Below are positions 1 to 10,491 of a stretch of DNA of 63,513 bases, piece after piece. Location of the stretch: NCBI RefSeq assembly GCF_001194135.2, contig NC_068995.1:55995837-56059349 (forward strand), written 5' to 3'. The stretch's first letter is position 1; each line of letters starts with the position of its first letter. Under the pieces are notes generated by a model that saw only the letters and a list, made by a program, of their open reading frames with translations, made no database searches and was not told where the DNA came from. The position numbers were made by a program, and so were the translations under genes. The stretch comes from Octopus bimaculoides (lineage: Eukaryota).

Positions 1-174
1 GGTTAAAGCCTTTTCACTCCGAATATATACATTTTTACTCCGTGATCGCTTTTAAACCTTCTTAACTCTCATTACGTTCTCCCCTTAAAATGAAATCTCT
101 ATGTAGCCTTGTGTACAACTAGAAAGAAATTGATCCATGTCAGATGAATTTTAATTCATTTCATATATCTACAA

Positions 175-216
<42 letters not shown>

Positions 217-576
217 GTACATGTGTGAGTGTACGTGTATAATGGTGTATTAATGTGTGCGTTAATATGTATCTATTGATATGTATATCGATGTATCGAT
301 ATATCGATATGTATATTAATGAGTATATACATATATTGATGCATATCTTGGTATATGAATATCTATATTTATTGACATGTAAATACATTATACATATATA
401 CACAGATAAACATGTTAATGTCTCTCTATATATATATGCATATACATACACACATTTGTATATATACATAGACATGTAGATATATAAATATATACATATT
501 ACATAGATAAACGTTTATATATTATAATATATATATACGTATGTATATATATATATATATATATATATACGTATGT

Positions 577-1519
577 ANNNNNNNNNNNNNNNNNNNNNNN
601 NNNNNNNNNNNNNNNNNNNNNNNNNNNNNNNNNNNNNNNNNNNNNNNNNNNNNNNNNNNNNNNNNNNNNNNNNNNNNNNNNNNNNNNNNNNNNNNNNNNN
701 NNNNNNNNNNNNNNNNNNNNNNNNNNNNNNNNNNNNNNNNNNNNNNNNNNNNNNNNNNNNNNNNNNNNNNNNNNNNNNNNNNNNNNNNNNNNNNNNNNNN
801 NNNNNNNNNNNNNNNNNNNNNNNNNNNNNNNNNNNNNNNNNNNNNNNNNNNNNNNNNNNNNNNNNNNNNNNNNNNNNNNNNNNNNNNNNNNNNNNNNNNN
901 NNNNNNNNNNNNNNNNNNNNNNNNNNNNNNNNNNNNNNNNNNNNNNNNNNNNNNNNNNNNNNNNNNNNNNNNNNNNNNNNNNNNNNNNNNNNNNNNNNNN
1001 NNNNNNNNNNNNNNNNNNNNNNNNNNNNNNNNNNNNNNNNNNNNNNNNNNNNNNNNNNNNNNNNNNNNNNNNNNNNNNNNNNNNNNNNNNNNNNNNNNNN
1101 NNNNNNNNNNNNNNNNNNNNNNNNNNNNNNNNNNNNNNNNNNNNNNNNNNNNNNNNNNNNNNNNNNNNNNNNNNNNNNNNNNNNNNNNNNNNNNNNNNNN
1201 NNNNNNNNNNNNNNNNNNNNNNNNNNNNNNNNNNNNNNNNNNNNNNNNNNNNNNNNNNNNNNNNNNNNNNNNNNNNNNNNNNNNNNNNNNNNNNNNNNNN
1301 NNNNNNNNNNNNNNNNNNNNNNNNNNNNNNNNNNNNNNNNNNNNNNNNNNNNNNNNNNNNNNNNNNNNNNNNNNNNNNNNNNNNNNNNNNNNNNNNNNNN
1401 NNNNNNNNNNNNNNNNNNNNNNNNNNNNNNNNNNNNNNNNNNNNNNNNNNNNNNNNNNNNNNNNNNNNNNNNNNNNNNNNNNNNNNNNNNNNNNNNNNNN
1501 NNNNNNNNNNNNNNNNNNN
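577..1519. other. Assembly gap (first of about 17 N-runs in the window)
   Basis: N-run. Other gaps lie at about 2722-2937, 4270-4351, 9807-10205, 11064-12019, 17434-18010, 26829-26923, 28268-28360, 29385-29394, 34141-34360, 44144-44932, 53127-53480, 56615-57031, 58295-58304, 60089-60098, 60948-61013 and 62087-62148. Most abut (TA)n or (TG)n microsatellites. Confidence 0.99.
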
Positions 1520-1616
1520 TGTGTGTGTGTGTGTAACTATATATATATCTATCTATATATATGTGTGTGTGTATATATATTTATAGATATATGTATTTGT
1601 GAATATATATGTGTAT

Positions 1617-1651
<35 letters not shown>

Positions 1652-2044
1652 CACAAATCTACATTTACACGCATGTGTACTTGCATCTCTGCGTGCCTCA
1701 AAACACACATATAACCAGATCTATCTATGTATATACGTAAGGTGTGTGTGTGTTTACGAGTGTGTGTATACAGAAGGAGCAGAAGAGAGATTTAATTTTG
1801 CATAGCTATTGTTGAACGAAATTGTCGTTGTCTTTAAGCTTGTAATGGGCCCACCAATGCGTTGCTCCATGAGTGTGAAAAGGGAGTCTCTGTACTTTGG
1901 GGAAGTACAAATATATGTAAGTACTTCGTACGTTTAGCTAAACCGTGAAACAAAACTCCTGAGGACACAGTCATGCTTGCCTTCATACAGTCGTGCACAT
2001 GTATATTATTTGCGTGGAGGGTTTATACATGTGTATATATAGTA

Positions 2045-2170
2045 TAGAGTGCTTTCACCCGTTTCCTTCTTGCCATAGTAGAGGGATACACTTGCCCAAA
2101 TTGCCACAACGGGACTGAATCCGAAACCAAGCGGTTGCAAAGCAAGTTTCTTAACCCCATAGTCACGCCT
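2045..2170 (-). mobile_element. SINE family B, degenerate 5' part
   Basis: gccatagtagagggatacacttgcccaaattgccacaacgggactgaatccgaaacc is the reverse complement of the family B head/CORE-like segment seen at 10251-10415. Confidence 0.75.
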
Positions 2171-2235
2171 GGTCGCCGGCTTGTTATCGAATATGGCCGT
2201 CATTTGTACTCGAACAATATGTGTAGTGCGCCACT

Positions 2236-2460
2236 ACGGCCACCACCCAGGACGAAGAAGACAACAGTTATGGGAGGCCAAGATTACATCTCCTAAACAG
2301 GGACGACGGACGCAGTCGCGCAATCGACCGTAAATCGTGAATCGCGACTGCTTCCGAGAATAAGAACGAGGAACCAACGGAATTGGTGCTGTTTCGCTGA
2401 ACCAGATACATGGAACCATGCAAGGACTGCAACGAAAGATCTGCAATTTCTCTGTGGTTG
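2236..2460 (+). pseudogene. Possible decayed Gypsy-type gag C-terminal fragment (RS-rich linker plus Cys/His knuckle-like remnant)
   Basis: A frameshifted manual translation gives LWEAKITS..QGRRTQSRNR..WCCF..(G)NHAR.C..(C)NF. This resembles the RSRSR...CxxHxxxGxxARxCxxxCxF end of CsRN1-like Gypsy gag, but only after assuming several frameshifts. Confidence 0.25.
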
Positions 2461-2683
2461 CAAGAAACACGAGTCCTGCTTTGCGCTTAATGAACATAAA
2501 AATAGAAAAGCGGTATTGATGAGGGACACCATCTTGTTCAAATTTTAGGAGCCATTGACCTTGTGAGATGTAAAAACAAATAGGATAGCCAAAGCGCGGA
2601 TTTCGAGAGTGCCCTTCTTGCATATACATGAAAATGAACAGTGCACACGCACACACACACACATATATATAAACATACATATG

Positions 2684-2721
<38 letters not shown>

Positions 2722-2944
2722 NNNNNNNNNNNNNNNNNNNNNNNNNNNNNNNNNNNNNNNNNNNNNNNNNNNNNNNNNNNNNNNNNNNNNNNNNNNNNNN
2801 NNNNNNNNNNNNNNNNNNNNNNNNNNNNNNNNNNNNNNNNNNNNNNNNNNNNNNNNNNNNNNNNNNNNNNNNNNNNNNNNNNNNNNNNNNNNNNNNNNNN
2901 NNNNNNNNNNNNNNNNNNNNNNNNNNNNNNNNNNNNAGAATGAA

Positions 2945-3075
2945 CAGATAGGAAAACAGACGAGCCACTTATGGAACTTTTCCTTCATCAGCTGCCTCTA
3001 TTCTAAACTAGGCGTTTCGAAGATGAGGCAGAACGCGCTCCTCGTCTTCTTCAAATCACAGCCAGTCGTCTTTAA
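2945..3075 (+). pseudogene. Possible decayed Gypsy-type gag fragment
   Basis: Translation TDRKTDEPLMELFLHQLPLF*TRRFEDEAERAPRLLQIT resembles the ELFLQQLP...AAEIADRILEIT motif of CsRN1-like gag (recalled, not searched). It has an in-frame stop. Confidence 0.35.
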
Positions 3076-4231
3076 AAAATTGAGCGGATACATTGCTTAA
3101 TGCTGTTCTAGACTTGTCGTATTTCAAAAAAAGTCGAGGTAGTCACAACAGGAATGCCTTTGACAATATGTCTGGTCGTTCTCTGTTAACCTGGAACTAA
3201 ACATAACCATTGCAGTGGTGAAGTCACGTCGCTTTTTTTTTTTTTTTTTTTTTTTCAATCTGAGTTCAAGTCCGGATGAAGTAGTGACAGTATAAATTGT
3301 TTAGGGAAAATAAGGTAAATTGCCGGCTTTGCACGGGGGGTGGGTGATAAAACCGACTTTAGCCGAAACCCCTTAAAATGAAGTGTTGTGCAAGAACCCA
3401 TGTTAGAATGATTGATGATGATGCTGGCAGAATGATGGTTATGACGTGATGGTGGTGGTGGTGGTAATAGCGATTGTGTTGATGGTGGTGGTGATGATGT
3501 TGATTGTCGTGGTGGTGGTGTTGTTGATTGGTGGTATGATGATGAAGATGGTGATTATGATGCTGGTGACGGTAATGTGGTGATGGTGATAGTAATAATG
3601 ACGATTATAACGATGATGATGATGCTGGTGGCGATAGTAACGATAATGGTGACGAAGATGATGATGGTGAGGCCGGTAGTAATGGTGGTGTTGGTGTTGA
3701 TAAGGAAGCGATTAAAAATCCCTGATTACTCTGAATCGAGCTTTTTAAAATAGTCACACGAGGAAGAAGACCGCTCACACAGTGGCCATTAAACTGCAGA
3801 GAAAGACTAAGTTTCCTCGGCGATCTCATATATTAAGCAAAAGGACCGCTCTATTTAAAGCCTCATATTTTCAACGACAATATGGCCCCTGAGAGGATGT
3901 TGTTCAGTTTCGTGTATTCTGCCCTCTATCCAAACTTTATGATAAAAGAAAAGAACGATTGCCATTATCACCATCAGCAATTGTAGCAGCAGCAACATCA
4001 ACTCTATTATTATTATTATTATTATTATTATTAGTGCTGTTTGCCTTATTGTTGTTACGTGTTTCTACTGCACAATCGAGCGCAGTACTGTTTGCCCTGG
4101 ATACACGCGGTGTGCTATTTTGTATTTGATGTTTTCTGTTTTATTGTATCGAAAGTATTGTACGTAATACTCACACACACACTTTGTATATTTGTATAGC
4201 TTTGAGAGTATAAATATGTATATGTATGTGC

Positions 4232-4269
<38 letters not shown>

Positions 4270-4351
4270 NNNNNNNNNNNNNNNNNNNNNNNNNNNNNNN
4301 NNNNNNNNNNNNNNNNNNNNNNNNNNNNNNNNNNNNNNNNNNNNNNNNNNN

Positions 4352-4397
<46 letters not shown>

Positions 4398-4864
4398 TGC
4401 TACCTAAACAAATTATATATGTACATATGCACAACCTCAGCAGGTATATTTATTGTACGTTATGTGTATGTATGCAAGACCATTTTAAAAAATGTATTTT
4501 ATGTAATTTTTCCCGTATTACGAAAACACTTGCCATTAAAGAGAGAATCTCTGCCTTTATTTGAACAACCCAAAAAACTTCCATTCTCGTTATCTCCATT
4601 CCAAGCTTTCCTTTTTGGATGATTCTTCCGTTTCCTTTTACCGATACGCTGCCTTCTGCTGCGATTGATCTCTCGATATAGACCTCTTTCACAATAACCC
4701 GCTTACTTTTTCTACCTCATAGTCTTTATCGATAATATCTCCTTGATTCTCCTTATTCTTGCTGTCTGCATGGATTGGTATATCTCAGAGTACTGTCCTT
4801 CTCTCATACCCTTTGGGGTATGTGTTTGCAAAAACCCTTTTTGTTCTGTTGGTATTTCATTACT

Positions 4865-5090
4865 GCATCAAGCCAGCCATTTTCGCTACCCACTATTCCT
4901 GGGAGAGCAGAGTTCTCAAGCACCTCCTCCACAAAGTCCTACCGGAAGTAACCGTCATTACAATTTCCGGCTGGACTCCTAAGCCTAACCAACTGAGACT
5001 ATGGATATCATCTAATCGTTTCGTTCTCCTTCTAGCTCTTCTGCCGGTTGATTTATACATGGCTGAGCGCAAACGTTCAGGATTCATTCT
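4865..5090 (-). mobile_element. RTE-clade LINE 3' end (Expander/Rex3-like)
   Basis: Minus ORF GRRARRRTKRLDDIHSLSWLGLGVQPEIVMTVTSGRTLWRRCLRTLLSQE* matches the RTE RT C-terminus (GRPRTRW.D....W..LG.....W...L..L.P). It is followed by gaaaatggctggcttgatg, a decayed (ATGG)n-type tail. Same family as 36538-36790. Confidence 0.7.
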
Positions 5091-6261
5091 ATGACAATAC
5101 AAGTAGTGTTCGAAGCCCACTTCACAGAATTATTGAATGATTCAAAAATCCATGTTTTTCGAGTCTTAGGTTACGTACGCCCACGTAACAGAGATGCGAA
5201 TAAAATAAGAATTCGAAATTATTATTAAAAATTAATCTCAGCAGAAATTCTAAAGGAAAACGAATAGGGAACTAAGTACATTAACTCGCGCAGAAATCTT
5301 TTATACACAGATCTTGTCGAGAGGATAATCGCTCATTTGATCGCATGGAAAATGGATCATCGTCGCCAAAAGTGGTTCCCTCAAAGCTCCCAAGAATAAA
5401 CGATTTATTGTTTGTTTCGTGTTCTGTTTTGCTTTTCAAGTTCAGCGGTTATCCAAAATATCTTTGGCGTAATAGCAGTTAGAATATTGATTCCGCACCA
5501 TTTCATTGATAATCGCTATATGAAGTCGTATAACACATTTCTATTTTAAAATGACCGTGCTTATAGTAATCTTGACATAAATTAATCTGACAAAAGTATC
5601 AAATATATTTTTAAATGCGTCGACAGAGGACAATTGTACTGCAAGAGAAGTGACCAGCAACGTCACCAGCTTTCCGATTGTCGATGCATCGGCTGCTAAT
5701 GACAACTTCGAAGGAGAAAGGAATCTATAAGACAAGTCCTCTCTTACCCGTAGATATGCATTTCATTTTTGCTCAAATGAATTTCCTTCTCTTCCTTGCT
5801 CTGTTTGAAATTAAGTTCCATTAACATTAATGACTTTACTTGACATAAAGTTTGTAATTAAAGTTATACTTTTCAGTTCATCTCATTAAGTATGGTAGCC
5901 CATACTTAACTAAAACTCATCAGTTTTTCACAAACTCGGATTGCTGTTGTTTCGTCATAATCGAGCAGATTTACCATCACATCTCTCTGCCTATGCCTGG
6001 CTACTGTGGCCAATCAGTCTGTTTCTTGTTGAAGATGACTGAGTGTGATGTGAGTAAATGGTTGGGGCTGTTTTTTTAGTCAACTGCAATCTGTTACTCA
6101 AGACATACAATGAAAGGGGATTCGATAGTAGGAGGATTGTGACTGCAGTTTCAAACCAGTTCGACGACTGTGTAGAGCAGTCATGTGCAGATTACGGCCC
6201 GCAGGGATTTTGTTTGTAATATGGCGTTCTATTGACGAGCCCTGACTCATGCTACCCGTTG

Positions 6262-6410
6262 TATGGTCAGCCATGCGGCTCGGCTTATGATGAGCCATGT
6301 TTCATGCGGCCCATCATATGGTGAGCCATGTGCTATGCGACCCGGCTTATGGTGAGCCATGTGCTATGCGACCCGGCTTATGGTGAGCCATGTCTCATGC
6401 GGTCCGCTTC
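6262..6410. repeat. 31-bp GC-rich minisatellite, about 4.5 copies
   Basis: GGTGAGCCATGTGCTATGCGACCCGGCTTAT is exact at 6320-6350 and 6351-6381, with diverged copies on both sides. Confidence 0.95.
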
Positions 6411-6569
6411 TCAAAAAACATTACCCATGACTAGAATTAAGGCTCACCCGATATCCTTCGCCGATCAGCTTTCAACGGACAATATGGCCCCTATCAGGAG
6501 CGACTCCGGGTTCTTGAGCCAAGCGTAACAGGTTCGTACCCTCTATGTAGGATCTCTCACAAAAGTCCT

Positions 6570-6727
6570 TTCCTTTTTTACTATAAGGCACAAGGTCTGG
6601 AATTTGTGGGAAGAGGCTAGTCCTCAACTGGTATTTACTTCACCGACCCCGAAAGGATGAAAAGCAAAGTCGAATTCGGCAGGATTTGAACTCAGAACAT
6701 AAAGACGGACGAAATACCGCCAAGCAT
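6570..6727 (-). mobile_element. SINE family A
   Basis: Reverse complement of the family A body and tail (...gacggacgaaataccgc, atttgaactcagaac, gaccccgaaaggatgaaaagcaaagtcga). Confidence 0.9.
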
Positions 6728-6791
6728 ATATGATAATTATTTTTAGATATACATTACACACCTTGTATTAAATACAGGAGACGGATCATAG

Positions 6792-6794
<3 letters not shown>

Positions 6795-6862
<68 letters not shown>

Positions 6863-7113
6863 CGTGCTTCTTTGTGTTTGTTTGTGTCTGTATGTGTATG
6901 GAGTTTGTGTGTACGTATGTTTGTATGGGTGCATTGGTGTGTGTGTGTATTTGTGTGTCTGTGTGTGCGTGTGTGCAGTTTCGCCAATGTGATGCGAAGC
7001 TGTGGCCCCACCTATAGCTGATTTCTCGAAACCCTATCGATTCGCCCGACTGCAGTTCTCTGTACGCTCACTCGCACACACATTCATATATGCGACTGCG
7101 CATACATAAGAAA

Positions 7114-7178
<65 letters not shown>

Positions 7179-7377
7179 TCACGTTCGTGCACGTAAATGC
7201 ATACAAACTCGCTAACAAATACACATTCATGTTGAAGCTCGTGTAAGCGGGCGAACACGTATATACGAGCATGTATTTGCAAAGCAGCCACACACAGACA
7301 TACACGCACACATATACATTCACAGACGTTCAACCCTTAACTACAATATCATACAGACTGACAGACAGACATACGGC

Positions 7378-7445
<68 letters not shown>

Positions 7446-7466
7446 GACAGACAGACACACAGACAA

Positions 7467-7543
<77 letters not shown>

Positions 7544-7600
7544 GGAAGAGAGAGAAAATAAATAGAGGGAGAGAGAGAGACAGATAGACAGACATAGTTT
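6795..7600. repeat. Compound microsatellite cluster: (TG)n, (CT)n, (AG)n, (CTAT)n/(AGAT)n
   Basis: (TG)n at 6795-6860, (CT)n at about 7116-7171, (AG)n at about 7382-7441, and (CTAT)n 7467-7508 directly followed by (AGAT)n 7509-7542. Confidence 0.97.
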
Positions 7601-7818
7601 TGTATATATACAGACAGCCAAGCTGTGTTTGTAAAAACACAGACTTACAAGTTAAGCCGGCGGCTGTTGAAATGGGTAACAAGTTGCTGAATCATCAATA
7701 TCAGCATCATCATCATCATCATCATCAGTAACAGCAGCAGCCGCGGCCTCACCATCATCAGCATCATCATCTTTATAAAAATCATCCTCACAATTTATGA
7801 CACTGCTGGACTAACGAA

Positions 7819-7855
<37 letters not shown>

Positions 7856-8240
7856 ATAAAGTCTATATGTACAAATGCTCGCATGCACATCTATATATAA
7901 TGTATATATGCACAAACACGCGCACACGTATAGACACTCTGTATGTATATAAGTAGTGCCTACACACACATGTACCAACATGCAGGCACACACACACACA
8001 TATGTGCATGTTTGTGTGTGTGTGTGTGTGTATATATGAGAAATATAGACATTAGTTCCTTTAAGATACTAACAGATAAGCAAGTATAGATTTTATACGG
8101 TAAGCTATAAATTCTCTCTTTCTCTCTCCCTCTCTCTCTCAATCTCCCTCTCTCCCTCTCTCTCTCTCTATCTCTCTCTCTCTCTCTGTCTGTCTCTTGA
8201 AAAACTAGATTACAGTTTCAAATCTTAAATACAGTTAACC

Positions 8241-8700
8241 GATGAGCTGGCAAAATTGTTAGTGCGTCGAACTAAATGCTGAGCGGAATATCTTCTGCCT
8301 CTTTACGTTCTATGTTCAAATCCCGCAGAGATCGGGTTTGCCCTTCATTCCTCCAGATTCGAACCAATATATACCAATCAAAACCTAGAGTCGCAGTGAT
8401 TTAACCCGTCACTTCCACTCGAACGTCAGACCCTCTACCTCTGTGTCAAACTATCTTCTTTTCAAAGGCATTAAGGCGGAGAAGCTGGTAGAATGTTTAA
8501 CACACCCAACCAGACCAAATGCTCTGCAGCATTTCGTCCGTCTTTACGTACTTAGCTCAAATTCCGCCGAGGTTGACTTTACCTTTCATCTTTTCGGGGT
8601 CGATAAAATTAATACCAGTCGATTACTGGGGTCGATGTAATCGATTATCCCCCTCCTCCAAATTTCAGGCCTTCTGCCTATAGTAGAAAGGATTATTATT
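8241..8700 (+). mobile_element. Two head-to-tail SINE family A copies
   Basis: A degenerate copy at 8241-8450 and a better copy at 8473-8700 (aaggcggagaagctggtagaat ... caaattccgccgaggttgactttacctttcatcttttcggggtcgataaaat ... gtagaaagg(att)n). Confidence 0.9.
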
Positions 8701-8887
8701 ATTTTAGTAGTATTTTAATTTGGTATGCGTTACAAAGTGACTCAAGAGCCATGAGTTTCATGTATAACACATCAAAATTAGATAAGAGTCATGCACGAAA
8801 CTGTCGGCCTTGAATCAAGAGTCGACTCGTAACTTCTGCCGAATGATAATAATAATTCTTTCTACTGTAAGGTACAACGTCTCAGAT

Positions 8888-9696
8888 TTCGAGAGAATTG
8901 CAATTGGCGGAATCGAGAAGCTAGAAATTGGGGCTGGAGAGGTCCTAGAATTTCTTCGACAATCATTTCTGATTCCTTCAGGCGATATAGCAAGGAGCCG
9001 AACCATGCTATTACACAAGGCCTTCCACCAGCCACCCCGTCCAGCCAGGGTTTGACCACACTTTTCAGCAGTTTCACATAGCCGTCTTAATTAAGCCTGA
9101 GGTCCTGTTCAAAGATGTAGGACGACATGACCCTCACTTGAGACGCACCCTAGACCATCAGTTTGAGGGCACTTGGTTTTCATAATAAGTGGGACAATAC
9201 ATGGATTATAGGCAAGCTACCTGTTGTTCTGGGTGTAGTGCCACCTATCCCCACAGGTTCTTTTCATCTGAGAAGAACCCAAATCATCCTCGGCTCAACA
9301 GGAAACCTCGACTTGTTTAGGAGCTGTTTTGCCTTGGTCAAACGGTTCTCCATGGCATTGGCTGTCAGAATTTGTCCCTTGCGCTTCTTGTAGTAGCAAA
9401 GGTCCCCATTTAGGTCTGGCTTCATGGTGGCAACTCCAACACCCGTCTATCTCATCAAATCCGGGATTCCTTTACTCAAATCTTCTATTACCTTCTCCTG
9501 CAATTGGATGAATTCCAACGTGTAGACAACGGCTTCGTAGCTACCGTTGCAGCTATTCATAACACGTCTTACAGCCTTTACGATATGTTCACAGAGCATT
9601 AAACAACATTCATGATGTCAGCACTTTGATACCCGGCGCGAAACGTCGTGATACAAGTAACTCTTTCCAACATGTAGGTGGCTTCCAGTCCTGCAT
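8888..9696 (-). pseudogene. Tc1/mariner-superfamily transposase pseudogene, DD37D/E (maT-like) spacing
   Basis: Manual minus-strand translation across frameshifts gives MQDWKPP...RAGYQSADIMNVV...YYKKRKGQILT.NAMENRLTKAKQLLNK...W(F)FSDEKN...TQNNR*LAYNP..VPLIMKTKCPQ...GCVSSEGHV...YIFEQDLRLN*DGYVKLLKSVVKPWLDGVAGGRP...(D)SAPCYIA*RNQK*LSKKF*DLSSPNF*LLDSANCNSLE. There are 37 residues between the positions of the 2nd and 3rd catalytic acids. It has many stops, and the 3' end is cut by a SINE A tail at about 8845-8890. Confidence 0.88.
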
Positions 9697-10205
9697 AACT
9701 TTTTCTCAACTACAACTTTAGTTTTTATGTTTTCCGAAGCCGCTGAGCAATCCTGAAAAAAAAAGGGACATTAAAAAAATCGTTAAATTTAGCCTGATTA
9801 TATATANNNNNNNNNNNNNNNNNNNNNNNNNNNNNNNNNNNNNNNNNNNNNNNNNNNNNNNNNNNNNNNNNNNNNNNNNNNNNNNNNNNNNNNNNNNNNN
9901 NNNNNNNNNNNNNNNNNNNNNNNNNNNNNNNNNNNNNNNNNNNNNNNNNNNNNNNNNNNNNNNNNNNNNNNNNNNNNNNNNNNNNNNNNNNNNNNNNNNN
10001 NNNNNNNNNNNNNNNNNNNNNNNNNNNNNNNNNNNNNNNNNNNNNNNNNNNNNNNNNNNNNNNNNNNNNNNNNNNNNNNNNNNNNNNNNNNNNNNNNNNN
10101 NNNNNNNNNNNNNNNNNNNNNNNNNNNNNNNNNNNNNNNNNNNNNNNNNNNNNNNNNNNNNNNNNNNNNNNNNNNNNNNNNNNNNNNNNNNNNNNNNNNN
10201 NNNNN

Positions 10206-10243
<38 letters not shown>

Positions 10244-10250
10244 TATATAT

Positions 10251-10415
10251 AGGCGCAGGAGTGGATGTGTGATAAGGAGCTTGCTTCCCAACCACATGGT
10301 TCCGAGTTCAGTCCCACTGCGTGGCACCTTGGTCGAGTATCTTCTACTATAGCCTCGGGCCGACCGCAACCTTGCGAGTGGATTTGGTAGACGGAAACTG
10401 AAAGAAGCCCGTCGT
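10251..10415 (+). mobile_element. SINE family B, 5' half (tRNA-like head plus CORE-like segment)
   Basis: ggcgcaggagtggatgtgtgataag (A-box-like) ... ggttccgagttcagtccc (B-box-like) ... gtggcaccttggtcgagtatcttctactatagcc ... ggaaactgaaagaagcccgtcg, then (TG)/(TA) microsatellite. Confidence 0.9.
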
Positions 10416-10441
10416 GTGAGTGTATGTGCGTGTGTGTGACA

Positions 10442-10491
<50 letters not shown>

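Noticed and set aside
5950-6225. Possible Penelope-like RT C-terminal remnant (LLKTYNERGFDSRRI...)
   Set aside because: The similarity is too weak and short to support without a profile search.
7680-7790. CAT/CAG-rich stretch as a polyQ/polyH coding exon
   Set aside because: It is a short triplet run between microsatellites, with no splice context or flanking ORF.
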